A DNA stretch of 64,000 bases, taken from NCBI RefSeq assembly GCF_001194135.2, contig NC_068995.1, forward strand, positions 19,060,688 through 19,124,687, read 5' to 3'. Made by a program: the position numbers and the translations under genes. The stretch comes from Octopus bimaculoides. Lineage: Eukaryota. Below the pieces are notes generated by a model that saw nothing but the letters and a program-made list of their open reading frames with translations, ran no database searches and had not been told where the DNA came from. Positions 1 to 11,191 of this stretch are shown here, piece by piece (positions within the stretch are counted from its first letter, which is position 1; each line of letters starts with the position of its first letter).

Positions 1-753
1 GATAAATAGACGTGCCTGGGTGTGTATGTATATACATGTAAACGTGTGTACATATGTGAGTGTGTTTGTGTGCGTGTGTGTGTGTGTGTATGCGTGTGTG
101 TATGAGATATGCGGAATATGAGACAGGGAAAGATTAAAAGAAAAGATGATAGAAAGAAAGACAACCATAAGCTGTGAAGTCACTGTGATGATGAGTAGAT
201 TGTGCTAGCCATGATATGCTTCGTATTTCGTAAAATGATTAGAAAAATACAAATCAATTGAGTATTACTTTAAAAGGAATATGTCACGCTTTGTTTGTCT
301 TTCTGTATCTAGCTCACACATAGCTTAGAATCGTATAGAAATTTTCCTCTTTGCCGCTGTTATTTCTTTGACTTACACCAGCAATATTTTATAATTCATG
401 TAAATATTATTTTAGTAAATGTGTATAAGTATCTCTGTATAAATTATTATGATGCGTCCTTAGTTGTTTTATTAGTACGATATTACATCATAGTCCCCTT
501 GTTTTTAATGAGCCACCAATAATTCGCAGATTTCCCTCTTCCCCTGATAGGCATTACAGTTGCATTGCGTCGGGCCATGACAAACTAATGAATGCTCGAT
601 AACATGTTTCATCCGATTCCAGAAGCTTCCGAACCGCCGCACGATTGAGTGCCCATAACGTGAAATCCAAGAACGTTTACTTCAAGTTGCACACATGTAA
701 GTTTATCCATACAAACAGCTATACACAAATATTCAAACACTCTGTGTTACAAA

Positions 754-810
<57 letters not shown>
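754..810. repeat. (CT)n microsatellite
   Basis: Near-perfect CT dinucleotide run; it produces the LSLSLS ORF 645..947. Confidence 0.97.
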
Positions 811-814
<4 letters not shown>

Positions 815-1199
815 ATTTTATTTCTCTTTCTCTCTAATGCACAGATTCACGCTCATAAATATGAATATCATTAAAGAATTATCAAGATCAAAATACAACT
901 TCATTGTTTCTGACGCACTGTATGTTACCAAAACATATTTCCTCTAAAACCATAATTTAGTACAGCATTTTCTATGTAGGTGGTCGCTTATTTATCAGCA
1001 GCAGATATTGTTTCATATATTTCAACATAGAAGAATCATATCGATTTTGTTGCATCAGTTTAGATACAAAAAACAAACACTAATTAACAATGCAATTAAA
1101 ATATTAGAAGTGCGTCTTATTAATATCAGATTCTAAAACAAATATTGATATTCTGCACCCTATCAATAAACAAAGACATTTACTGATAGCGGAAAGCTA

Positions 1200-1415
1200 T
1201 CGGTAAAATGTCATGTCTCACCATACCCATAACATATTTACCTATGGCATTCCTACGATCATGCAGTCGTTTCGAAAACTATCAACAAGGACACAGAGTA
1301 ACATCATATTTTCTTCGAGAGAAGGGAGAAAATGTGTATCAACCTCCAAAATATGGTGTTCAAATAATTCTCAAATTCAGCGATACAATCTCATACAAGA
1401 AGAGGATGCATTAGT
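1200..1415 (+). pseudogene. Probable Penelope-like element ORF remnant (linker between RT and GIY-YIG)
   Basis: Translation HTHNIFTYGIPTIMQ...NIIFSSREG...KIWCSNNSQIQRYNLIQEE loosely parallels the better preserved PLE remnant at 20186-20860 (THNP...NIF...LPII...RQP...KC.D..C..C). It lies directly next to a hammerhead-type pseudo-LTR. Confidence 0.4.
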
Positions 1416-1432
1416 TAATGTGTATTTTACAT

Positions 1433-1715
1433 ATAGTTCTATATTTGAGACATGAGGAATTATATACGTTATTTTCATTATTTACATTTGACAGATATTT
1501 GTCCTCATCATGTCCGCAATTTCCAACCTAAGGTTTGCTTTAATTTTTTTTTATAACGACATCAGAAAAATACCTTAAGAATGAGAACCCAGGTTCGAAA
1601 TTCCCCCAGGACACCTGATGAATGCTGGAGAGTTCATCAGCCGAAGCATTGTGTTAACAACAAACAAGATGAGGACAAATATCCGTCAAATGTAAGGGAT
1701 GTAAATAATGTGTAT
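1433..1715. mobile_element. Penelope-like pseudo-LTR pair in inverted arrangement
   Basis: 1476-1513 CATTATTTACATTTGACAGATATTTGTCCTCATCATGT is the reverse complement of 1664-1710 ACAAGATGAGGACAAATATCCGTCAAATGTAA(GGGATGTAA)ATAATG, with 2 mismatches plus a 9-nt insertion. The right copy carries a hammerhead core. Confidence 0.7.
1610..1655 (+). ncRNA. Degenerate minimal type I hammerhead ribozyme motif
   Basis: GACAC (stem I) CTGATGA a tGCTG-gagagttcat-CAGCc (stem II) GAAG C AT T GTGTT (stem I'). The box order matches the core. GAAA is mutated to GAAG and the expected palindromic ACGT helix III reads GCAT, so this copy is probably inactive. Confidence 0.6.
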
Positions 1716-2215
1716 TTTACATGACTAAAAGTCTCGATAGACAGAGTAGGAATAGCTTAGAGAATACATCACATAATTCAAATTTCACCTGATGTTAATT
1801 CACAGCATCGAGACACATTCTCTCAGAAGATATCAGCGAAAATCATCAATGGGACTTGAAGTGCGTTATAGTGATATAAGTGAGAAGTTTGAAAATACAT
1901 CATTATCTACTTAAACAATCCAAATCCCACCCAGAACACACATAAGTATATAAATCACAAGAGTTAAGATATATTAACGGTGCATACATATTTATTTAAC
2001 CAATTGACATTCTTATGGTTACGGATGTTTCGCAAACTTTCTCATGCAGAATTAATTTCTTAGTTGAAAGGATTATGCTTCATATGCATGCTCGGCGTTA
2101 TACAATAACATTTTCTATTCACAAATCAATGCATATAAATAAAGCTTGCTCATTAGATCACCAGAATATCGTGATTGTAAGAACGATTCAACTGTAAGTA
2201 TAAACAAAATTTCCG

Positions 2216-2218
<3 letters not shown>

Positions 2219-2252
<34 letters not shown>
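2219..2252. repeat. (TA)n microsatellite
   Basis: Perfect TA run abutting the 3' end of the ORF1 element. Confidence 0.97.
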
Positions 2253-2254
<2 letters not shown>

Positions 2255-4390
2255 GGAAGGCAGAGACTAGATAAGATTAATTTGATCGGGTCAGTAAAAA
2301 TTGCGTTATGATGCTTCATATCAGTTAAGGTGTTAGGAAGAAATTCCAAAAATTAACTATCCTTAACGTAAATAAAAAGCAGGATGGGATAAAAGACATA
2401 TGTAACATCAGTAAAGTAAATATGACAAGAACGCTCATAGAGCGCAAAACTCCGCCAAGGCAACACCAACGTCCTTATTTCTTTAGTTAGGCACAAGGCC
2501 TCCATAGAGAGGGGACAATACAAAAACAGACAAAACGATACTTTGGGGTACATAGTAACACATATCGAATGAATTATAGATATAATGAAAATGAAAATGA
2601 AAAGGCTTACCTACACCCCAAAAGCAGATAGTTCCATTTTACTGTTTTTAAATGAACAGTTCATGTCGGTCTTGTAGCTATTGGTTTATAGCATATACTT
2701 TTCGAAGGTCATCACCGGCGGCAATTCGTCGTAACCAATTTGTATTCCTGTCATCTCCACTCTTTCACCAAACAACTCCTTCAATTTCTTTCCTCTTTCT
2801 TTTTCCAACAAAACAGCTTCAAAACTTTCATTACACTCTTTGGTCGCTAACTTCACCCTGATAACATTCTTCATCTTGGCAATTTTCTTCACTATCTCTA
2901 CACCTTTTGGGTATTGCACCATTGTTCTTATGTTTTTCCTTTTGGGTGTCACTCTCCTTCTCTCCTCACCAATCCCCTCCTCTGCCACTGGCATTTCTGT
3001 CTCTGTCTGTCTCTCATTCTGTGTTGCTATCATCTCTCTTTCATTTTCCTTTCTCTTCTGTACTCTTTCCTCTTTTCTAGTTGATGGTCTCTGCGTTCGT
3101 TCTTCATTTTCGTTGTCTTTTAACTTTTTCTCTTCTCATTTGTACTCTCTTGTTTTTCACTTTCCTTCTCCTCTCCACTTGCCTTTCTTTTCTTCCTCGG
3201 ACATGTTGGTGGTAAGTCATTACTCTTCTTTCTTTTTACCACTGTATATTTCTCCTCTATTTTCTCCTCCTCCACGGTTGCACCCTCGTCTTCCTGATGT
3301 TCCTTCCCTGTTTCCTCTTCGTGTTCCTGGGGACACTTAGCTTTCATGTGTCTCTTTACTCCACGTAGAAAACATACAGGAAGTCTTCCTTCCACCACTA
3401 TTCTCAACCTTGCTTCGTCAGGCAGTATCAGTTCTTCCGCAATCTTGTGGAGATATGGCAAGCTTATAAGGACCAATACCTCTAGTGCATACCCACCCCC
3501 CCACATCAGGTCACCTCCATAGTTCGTGATATTTTCAATATCTCAGTGTCCTCCTCTGTGTTGAAGAGGATGGCTGCCACCTGCCACGCCTCATCAATTT
3601 CTGGTGGAACTCTAACTATTCTTACCCTGGCTGCAAAATGCCACAGTAAGTCGGTAGCAGTGCCCACTCCGCCGATTTCAAAGGCACGGTGGAGTATTTT
3701 CTCGCTTCTTCTTCACTCACGAAGTGTACCTCAACTGTGCCGTATTTCCTTCTTCTGGTGTAGTCATCACGTTCTAATTTCTCTTAGGCCGTCCTCGACC
3801 GCCTCCACCGCTGCTATTTCCATCTAATTCCACCACTTTTGTTGCAATATTCAATGTTTTGTACACAATAGTTTCCTTCTCCGTTTTTTCTAAGACTTCT
3901 TTATGAGGCGTCAACCTCAAGCTATCTCCCTCCTTTCTCAATAAATAATGTTTCTTAAAATTTTTCTTCTGTGACTAAATTTCTTTAACTCACAGTACCT
4001 CAGCTGACAGGCTTTTTGCCAGTCATCGCAGCATAACTGCCAGCTTGCACTGGTGTTCCTTCCATATTGTTCACAGCTTCACCCATAAATGAGGAAGAAA
4101 ATTTAAAAAACGATAACAATAAGTTCAACAAGTAACAATCCAACAATTCAATGAATAACAATCAATCAATAACAGTACTGGCATGGGGCGTACACGCATC
4201 AAGCTCAACTGTCTCAAATAAAACACTAACGACAATGCTAACGTCCTCTCAATGATTAACCAGAGATGATTTTTTAAATGAGAATATCTGAATTAAACTC
4301 GACTGCTCTCAAAAACGAGAATACTAAAAATGAACACGAGCGCTCTCAAAAATTAAGTAAACAAAATAGGAAATATAATTGAGAATCCTC
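2252..4390 (-). mobile_element. L1/Tx1-type non-LTR element carrying only a decayed ORF1
   Basis: 5' region with tandem monomers, ORF1 remnant 4086-2686, then about 430 bp without visible endonuclease or RT sequence before (TA)n. Confidence 0.6.
2686..4086 (-). pseudogene. ORF1 (gag-like, RRM-type region plus CCHC zinc knuckle) pseudogene
   Basis: Minus-strand frames give MGEAVNNMEG...KYGTVEVHFVSEEEARKYS...ARVRIVRVPPEIDEAW...LRIVVEGRLPVCFLRGVKRHMKAKCP, then a charged tail (ORFs 3120..3506 and 2686..3033). The knuckle C-X2-(R)-X4-H-X4-C at 3333-3374 has its second Cys as CGT, one transition from TGT. Several stops and frameshifts. Confidence 0.8.
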
Positions 4391-4405
4391 GATCCCAAAA
4401 TTTAA

Positions 4406-4611
4406 TCACTTCGTGCCATTCACGAGGCCAAATTTCATTGAAAGTTTCATCCGAATCCATCCAATGGTTATTGAGATATTTTGAGATAACAAACAAACAC
4501 AACTGAAAACAGTAGTTTGAAAACGTGTATAAAAATATCTAATATATATGAATGAAATGGGGAACATACAGCTGTCGATATAAAGATTAACTCGAGAAAT
4601 ATTATCAAAAG
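4406..4611 (+). mobile_element. Possible Helitron/Helentron-type non-autonomous fragment
   Basis: AAAGTTTCATCCGAATCCATCCAATGGTTATTGAGATATTTTG...ACAAACAAACA resembles subterminal sequence of such elements as I recall them. It runs into an N-gap. Confidence 0.25.
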
Positions 4612-5200
4612 NNNNNNNNNNNNNNNNNNNNNNNNNNNNNNNNNNNNNNNNNNNNNNNNNNNNNNNNNNNNNNNNNNNNNNNNNNNNNNNNNNNNNNNNN
4701 NNNNNNNNNNNNNNNNNNNNNNNNNNNNNNNNNNNNNNNNNNNNNNNNNNNNNNNNNNNNNNNNNNNNNNNNNNNNNNNNNNNNNNNNNNNNNNNNNNNN
4801 NNNNNNNNNNNNNNNNNNNNNNNNNNNNNNNNNNNNNNNNNNNNNNNNNNNNNNNNNNNNNNNNNNNNNNNNNNNNNNNNNNNNNNNNNNNNNNNNNNNN
4901 NNNNNNNNNNNNNNNNNNNNNNNNNNNNNNNNNNNNNNNNNNNNNNNNNNNNNNNNNNNNNNNNNNNNNNNNNNNNNNNNNNNNNNNNNNNNNNNNNNNN
5001 NNNNNNNNNNNNNNNNNNNNNNNNNNNNNNNNNNNNNNNNNNNNNNNNNNNNNNNNNNNNNNNNNNNNNNNNNNNNNNNNNNNNNNNNNNNNNNNNNNNN
5101 NNNNNNNNNNNNNNNNNNNNNNNNNNNNNNNNNNNNNNNNNNNNNNNNNNNNNNNNNNNNNNNNNNNNNNNNNNNNNNNNNNNNNNNNNNNNNNNNNNNN

Positions 5201-5292
<92 letters not shown>

Positions 5293-5864
5293 TGTATATT
5301 ATAGTTTTTTTCATATTTCATGCGTTCAGACGTTAATGAATTGATAGAAATACCAGTTGTGTTTCTAATATAAATCTTCTATTTATAGAAACAGAATGCA
5401 AGTTGTTATATGCTACATGTATACCACTTCTATTTTCAAATTATACTGATAGTTGTATTGATGTTGATTATGTTTCTCTCGCTTGTTTTCGCCGCACGGT
5501 ATGAACAAGAGAGGCCTGGTTTGATTTTGGATCAAATATGATTTAACGATTTTGATAAATATTATTCAGCAGGTGATACACACTCATAGAAATTCTTCAA
5601 AGCCAAATCTTCTCTGACAGCATATTGATAGTGTCTTGGTTTCTTGTTCAATGCCCTCACTGTTTATTTTAGGATCTGAAATACTTCATTCAATCCTAAT
5701 CTACAAATGTTGGTTTCGTTGTAACATAGTGAGTTTCTTCATACGATAATATTGGTTACATATTCTGAATGAGATATGCCGTACCTCAAAAATGTAGATG
5801 TCTCTTTGTGTTTCGACATAATTGAACGCATATGTTAACACTGGGTTTTAAATTTACTTACCGT

Positions 5865-6119
5865 TCCCAGCACCTTGACTTCGTGAATTCTGCTATAGCC
5901 CTCGGTCGTCCAAAGCGTGTATATATATATATATATATATATNNNNNNNNNNNNNNNNNNNNNNNNNNNNNNNNNNNNNNNNNNNNNNNNNNNNNNNNNN
6001 NNNNNNNNNNNNNNNNNNNNNNNNNNNNNNNNNNNNNNNNNNNNNNNNNNNNNNNNNNNNNNNNNNNNNNNNNNNNNNNNNNNNNNNNNNNNNNNNNNNN
6101 NNNNNNNNNNNNNNNNNNN

Positions 6120-6155
<36 letters not shown>

Positions 6156-6330
6156 TATATAATCTGTATATGCCTGTGTTGTTCCTTCGACACTCAGTGT
6201 GCTTTCATTATGTCCTGGTAACTGAGTGGTAGATAAAACAAGCCATTAAATATGTAGCGGGTGTAGTTGATCGACTAAGAAGGTACATCAGTGTGGTCAC
6301 AGTTCGACGACAGAAAAATGTAATGGAAAA
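5865..6330 (+). mobile_element. Old SINE family A copy split by an expanded internal (TA)n and a gap
   Basis: GCACCTTGA...CTATAGCCCTCGGTCGTCCAAAGCG (5870-5918) and GATAAAACAAG...GATCGACTAAGAAGGT...GTGGTCACAGTTC (6230-6310) match the 5' and 3' halves of the 39388-39804 copy. Confidence 0.55.
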
Positions 6331-7460
6331 AAATAGATTATTACGCTGCCTTGTAATTCGAATCCTTATGTTAGTTTGCATGACACTCTAAACTGCATAA
6401 TTTGATGATTCACTCCTATGAAATGTTGAGTGTTTGGAGTATAGACTTCATGGTTGTATATTATATATTATGGCATGAAAGTATTTTAATCATAAGAAGA
6501 ATTGCTAAGAGTAGTGGTGCTGCCGTTGAGAATTGTGTGCTGTGTACGAGTTCGTAGGAAATATTTTCATGGAATTTAAATCTTTCATTCACATTGAACG
6601 TCAGATTGAATAAAAATTAGATTCCTCTCATAATCTTAGTTCAACTCTCGAGTGTGGATGCCTTTTGAAAATCTTATCTCATCAGAGAAATTTTTAGGTG
6701 TTGCTCACATCAGAGGAATTTTTATGGCGTTCCAATAGAATTCCTTGAAAAGTCTGTTTAGGTCATTTCTAAATCGAACCAAAGCCTGACCATTCTTGCA
6801 GCCTGAAATCGTTCGACCATCGAATTTGTACAGCCGAAAGCAATTGAATATACGTGATACTGTCTGTGATGAACTGCTCAACAGTATTGACATCGCCATC
6901 AGTCTTTAGATCCCTCGAACGTTATGTTGCCTTTAGTCACTCCGTAGGCTCTAGCAATGTATTAGGCAATGAGAACCATAACAGTAATAGTTGTTTTCTC
7001 TCAAGCCTAGGTTTTTCGAGAAGAGATTTAGACAAAATTCGATAAAAGTCAACACAGACCGAATGAAGGTAACTGTAAAACAGTATGTGTTCTACAATGT
7101 TGAAGCACTTAATAACGACAACGCTGCCGTTCGACTGAGTTAAGTTAGTAACGTATATAAATTGAGATATCAGATTTATATAGGATACATTTATGTAATT
7201 GGGTTTCGACTAAGTTTTTAAAATTATAGCTGGTGAAGCTGTTCTCTTTCTATAGTTAATTGAAAATATTTATCCTAATTTACAAATTGCTGCGTCGTTT
7301 TATTTTCATATATTCCTCGTTTACTTTGTGGATTAAGTGCATATTGCATGAATGCTCGACTAGTTTCCAAAATATATTCCGTATGTTTTCGAAGGAGTTA
7401 CATGGTGTCAAAAACTAAATTTCTTCCTTGGAAGGGTATTCGATGATTTCGATATATTGC

Positions 7461-7461
<1 letters not shown>

Positions 7462-7503
<42 letters not shown>

Positions 7504-7635
7504 AGTGCGTGTGGGTGTGCGTGTGTGTTCGTGCGTGTGCGTGCGTGCGTGGATATGTGTGTGTGTGTTTGTGTGTGTTGGTATATATGTGTGTGCGTAT
7601 GCAAGTGCACGTATGTGTGCGTATATGTGTATATT
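7462..7635. repeat. Imperfect (TG)n/(TGCG)n microsatellite
   Basis: Direct reading. Confidence 0.95.
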
Positions 7636-8397
7636 TGCAAATCTATGTGCAAGTATATCTATATAAGACAATCGTTGGAGCTATAAGTAACTAAGGCAAT
7701 AAAACAGTGCACCTACAAGAGTCGAACCACGTATATATCTCATGCTAAGTAATTTCGTTACTGAATATTCCGCAGAACAACTGCAGTCCTTGTGTGAATT
7801 TGATCGATAAATGCTTTACTGGTATAAAGAAACATTTCTACTCCAACTAATATCTTATTTCTTTATTAGATAATCCGACAGCCACTATCCAAAGATAGTG
7901 CTTGAAATATTTCATGTCATTTATATGAATACCGTAGCCTTTAATATATACATAATACAATCAATGTTGCATCTATTTGTTGCATAAATCTGTCACAGAG
8001 AGTGCTCAATATTGTGCATAAATCGTGAATGTTTCGCAGACAACACGAGAATTTGAATATAATGGGGAACAACACAATCTATATTACTAAACATTAAATA
8101 ATATATCTAAGTTTTTCCTCTCTTTGGTGTGTGTGCTTCGCTTGATTCAAAAATATAATTGGAATAGGGAAAGAGAATATCTTCCACAAAATTGTGATCG
8201 TAGCAAACTAAAATCATACCAATATGCAAGCTAACATTTTATACACACACTCTCTCATATAAACCATATCACACCCCACATCTTAACACACATGAATCAG
8301 ACAATAGTTCTACAGCTGACGTCGTTCCTACTAGCATTAAAGATGGTTACGTACCTTTACCCATACAAACATATATCTAACATTGAGCTCAAATTTT

Positions 8398-8603
8398 GCA
8401 ACAAGGCCTTTAATTTCGAGGGAGGGTGGAAATCGATTATATCGACCCCAATGTTCAACTGGTATTTATTTTATCGGGCCCAAAATTATGTAAGATAAAG
8501 TCGACCTCAACGGCATTTGAACTTGGAGACGGACGGAGAGCCGGACGAAATGTCGCTAAGCATTGTTCCCGGTGTACTAACGCTTTGTCCAGCTCGCCGC
8601 CTT
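8398..8603 (-). mobile_element. SINE family B, near full length
   Basis: Reverse complement reads AAGGCGGCGAGCTGGACAAAGCGTTAG...CTTAGCGACATTTCG...GTTCAAATGCCGTTGAGGTCGACTTT...GATAAAATAAATACCAG...GGGGTCGAT, collinear with 54958-55140 and 62222-62440. Confidence 0.85.
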
Positions 8604-8646
8604 TTTATACACATAGTATTAAATTTACAGGTGTGAATGTGAGGCG

Positions 8647-8694
<48 letters not shown>

Positions 8695-9978
8695 CTTCTA
8701 TTTATTATTACTTGCGACTTACCGAAAGTTTATTGTCTGTGAAAAAGTGAACACTTTAGTTGTATTCCTTAAAACACTTGTCTTGAGTAGATACTTTAAC
8801 TTTGAAAAAACAAGTAGATGTTTCCTGCATGTTTACTAAACAGTATGCAATCCCAAACTTGCCAATATATATTTTTATGGTCGTGTAGAAAATCTAACTT
8901 TAATATTATTTATGGTTGATTTATTTAATCAAGTAGCCATTTTCATTATATTTGTTTTCCTTGTAATAGCTCCCGTCACATTTTTACTCTCTATTAAATA
9001 TTAGGCCAGCTGGACTATATTACTTATTTGAAACGGAAAAAGCATTCATCGTCCAATTACAAATTTCTGCGCAAATATCCTGAAGTCACACACTATCATA
9101 TTTCAAAAAATCCGAAAGTAACTACGGCCCTGAGCACACTTTAATTAAAGTAAAAGTGCTCTTAATGACGTCACCGGAGATGATTATACATTCGTTTCGT
9201 CGAGGAGGATTTGGGTTGAAACATCAACAAGATGAAGGAAATTTTCTATTATTCTAAATTCTTTATAACCAACAAATAATAGATTGAGCCTACACAGTAT
9301 ATTCTATTGGCAATCCATTCCCTGAATATGTTTACACATGTAATATCTGGTCAATGAGAATTCCAATATTAAAATTATGTCGTTCACACTTATCATAGAA
9401 ATTGAAATATTTCTTATAGATATTTTCAATGATAAATATATTTTTTTACTTTTATTCGTTTTTATTTTCTCAATTGGCAGGTCATAGGTGCTGCACCATA
9501 GCAAATTTATCATTCTAATTTTATACTCCATATCGATTTTTACAAACAAATTTTAAAGGTTTATAGAGTATGTTGCTTAATGCGTACAAGTTTTTGATGC
9601 TAAATAGTTATTACAATTATTTTTACAACAATTTACAGACTTTAATTATTCATACGGCTTAATATTTTTCAATATTTACACAAAAGAACATGCCATGCAT
9701 AACCCTCTTCCTATATGCATATACATAAAAGTATATGAGTATGTGTGTGTGTGTTTAGGTGTCTATGTGCTAATGTGCGAGTGTGTGTGAGAGTGTAGGC
9801 GTTTACGTAAGTGTAGATGAGCATATGCGTACATACATATTCATACATACACACAAAAAACCGATGACATATTTACATTGATATCTACATATGTATGTCT
9901 ATACAAACACACATCCATGCACTCTCACACATACATACAAACATATATGTTTATGTATATATATATATATATTTAAAC

Positions 9979-10040
<62 letters not shown>

Positions 10041-10727
10041 TGATGTGAGTGTATGTGTATATTTACATGCGTGCTTGCGTGTCATTAAGTCTTTGTCATT
10101 GTAGCAGAAGAGAGATAATATATGAAGTGTATAACACATTGCTCCACAATCTATTAATATGGCTAGCATTTTTTTAAGAAACAACGTTGTATCTCCCTAA
10201 AATTCTGAATAGAATTGTTCACATCAACAACATTACCTCTACACACACATACCATTCCACTTTAACATGTAGCAACAAGACAGTGCCGTTTTATATATTT
10301 TTCATTTTATATATATACATATTCACAAAAAATAGGGAGTGTGCAAGAAAGACAAACACAAAGGAATCACACTTAAAAGGGACAATGTGTGATTGTCTGC
10401 CAGTTATTGTTATAACTGTTATGCGTAATTAGTGTACACTTTTGTTTGAGCTATTACTTTCCAACGAAACGAGATCTTGTTAATATTATTCTTAGTGGTG
10501 TTGAGGTAGGCGGTGTTGGTGTTTTTGCTATTACTGTGATTGTTCTTTTTGTTCCTGCTAATGCTTTTGATGTTGTTCTTAGCCCTTTCATCACTTATTA
10601 TTCAAGGATCTACAAGGCAATTTTTCTTTCAAAGTATCTTTACATTTTGTTTCTATTTATTTATCCTCCTCATCATAATCACCATCATAGTCGTCTTCCC
10701 CATCATCGTGTTTATCATTTCATCACC

Positions 10728-10728
10728 C

Positions 10729-10786
<58 letters not shown>

Positions 10787-10796
10787 CATTATTAGC

Positions 10797-10883
<87 letters not shown>

Positions 10884-11018
10884 ATTGCTTGCGAAACATC
10901 ATTTAAATATTTGATAAATTTTCCACCGTGCCGAAAGGATACTATCTAACAAATTATTTCATTGTTGGCATTATTCCGATGTTTCTTTCAACTTTATTAT
11001 TATTAATATTATTATTAA

Positions 11019-11072
<54 letters not shown>

Positions 11073-11131
11073 CATCATTATTATTACTATTATTATCATT
11101 ATTACCATTAGTATTATCATTATTAGTATTA

Positions 11132-11190
<59 letters not shown>
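10728..11190. repeat. Two long (TTA)n arrays (10728-10881, 10994-11190)
   Basis: Direct reading; source of the poly-I and poly-L ORFs. Confidence 0.97.

Positions 11191-11191
<1 letters not shown>

Noticed and set aside
2840-3340. 166-aa hydrophobic ORF on + resembling a membrane protein
   Set aside because: Antisense shadow of the purine-rich ORF1 on the minus strand.
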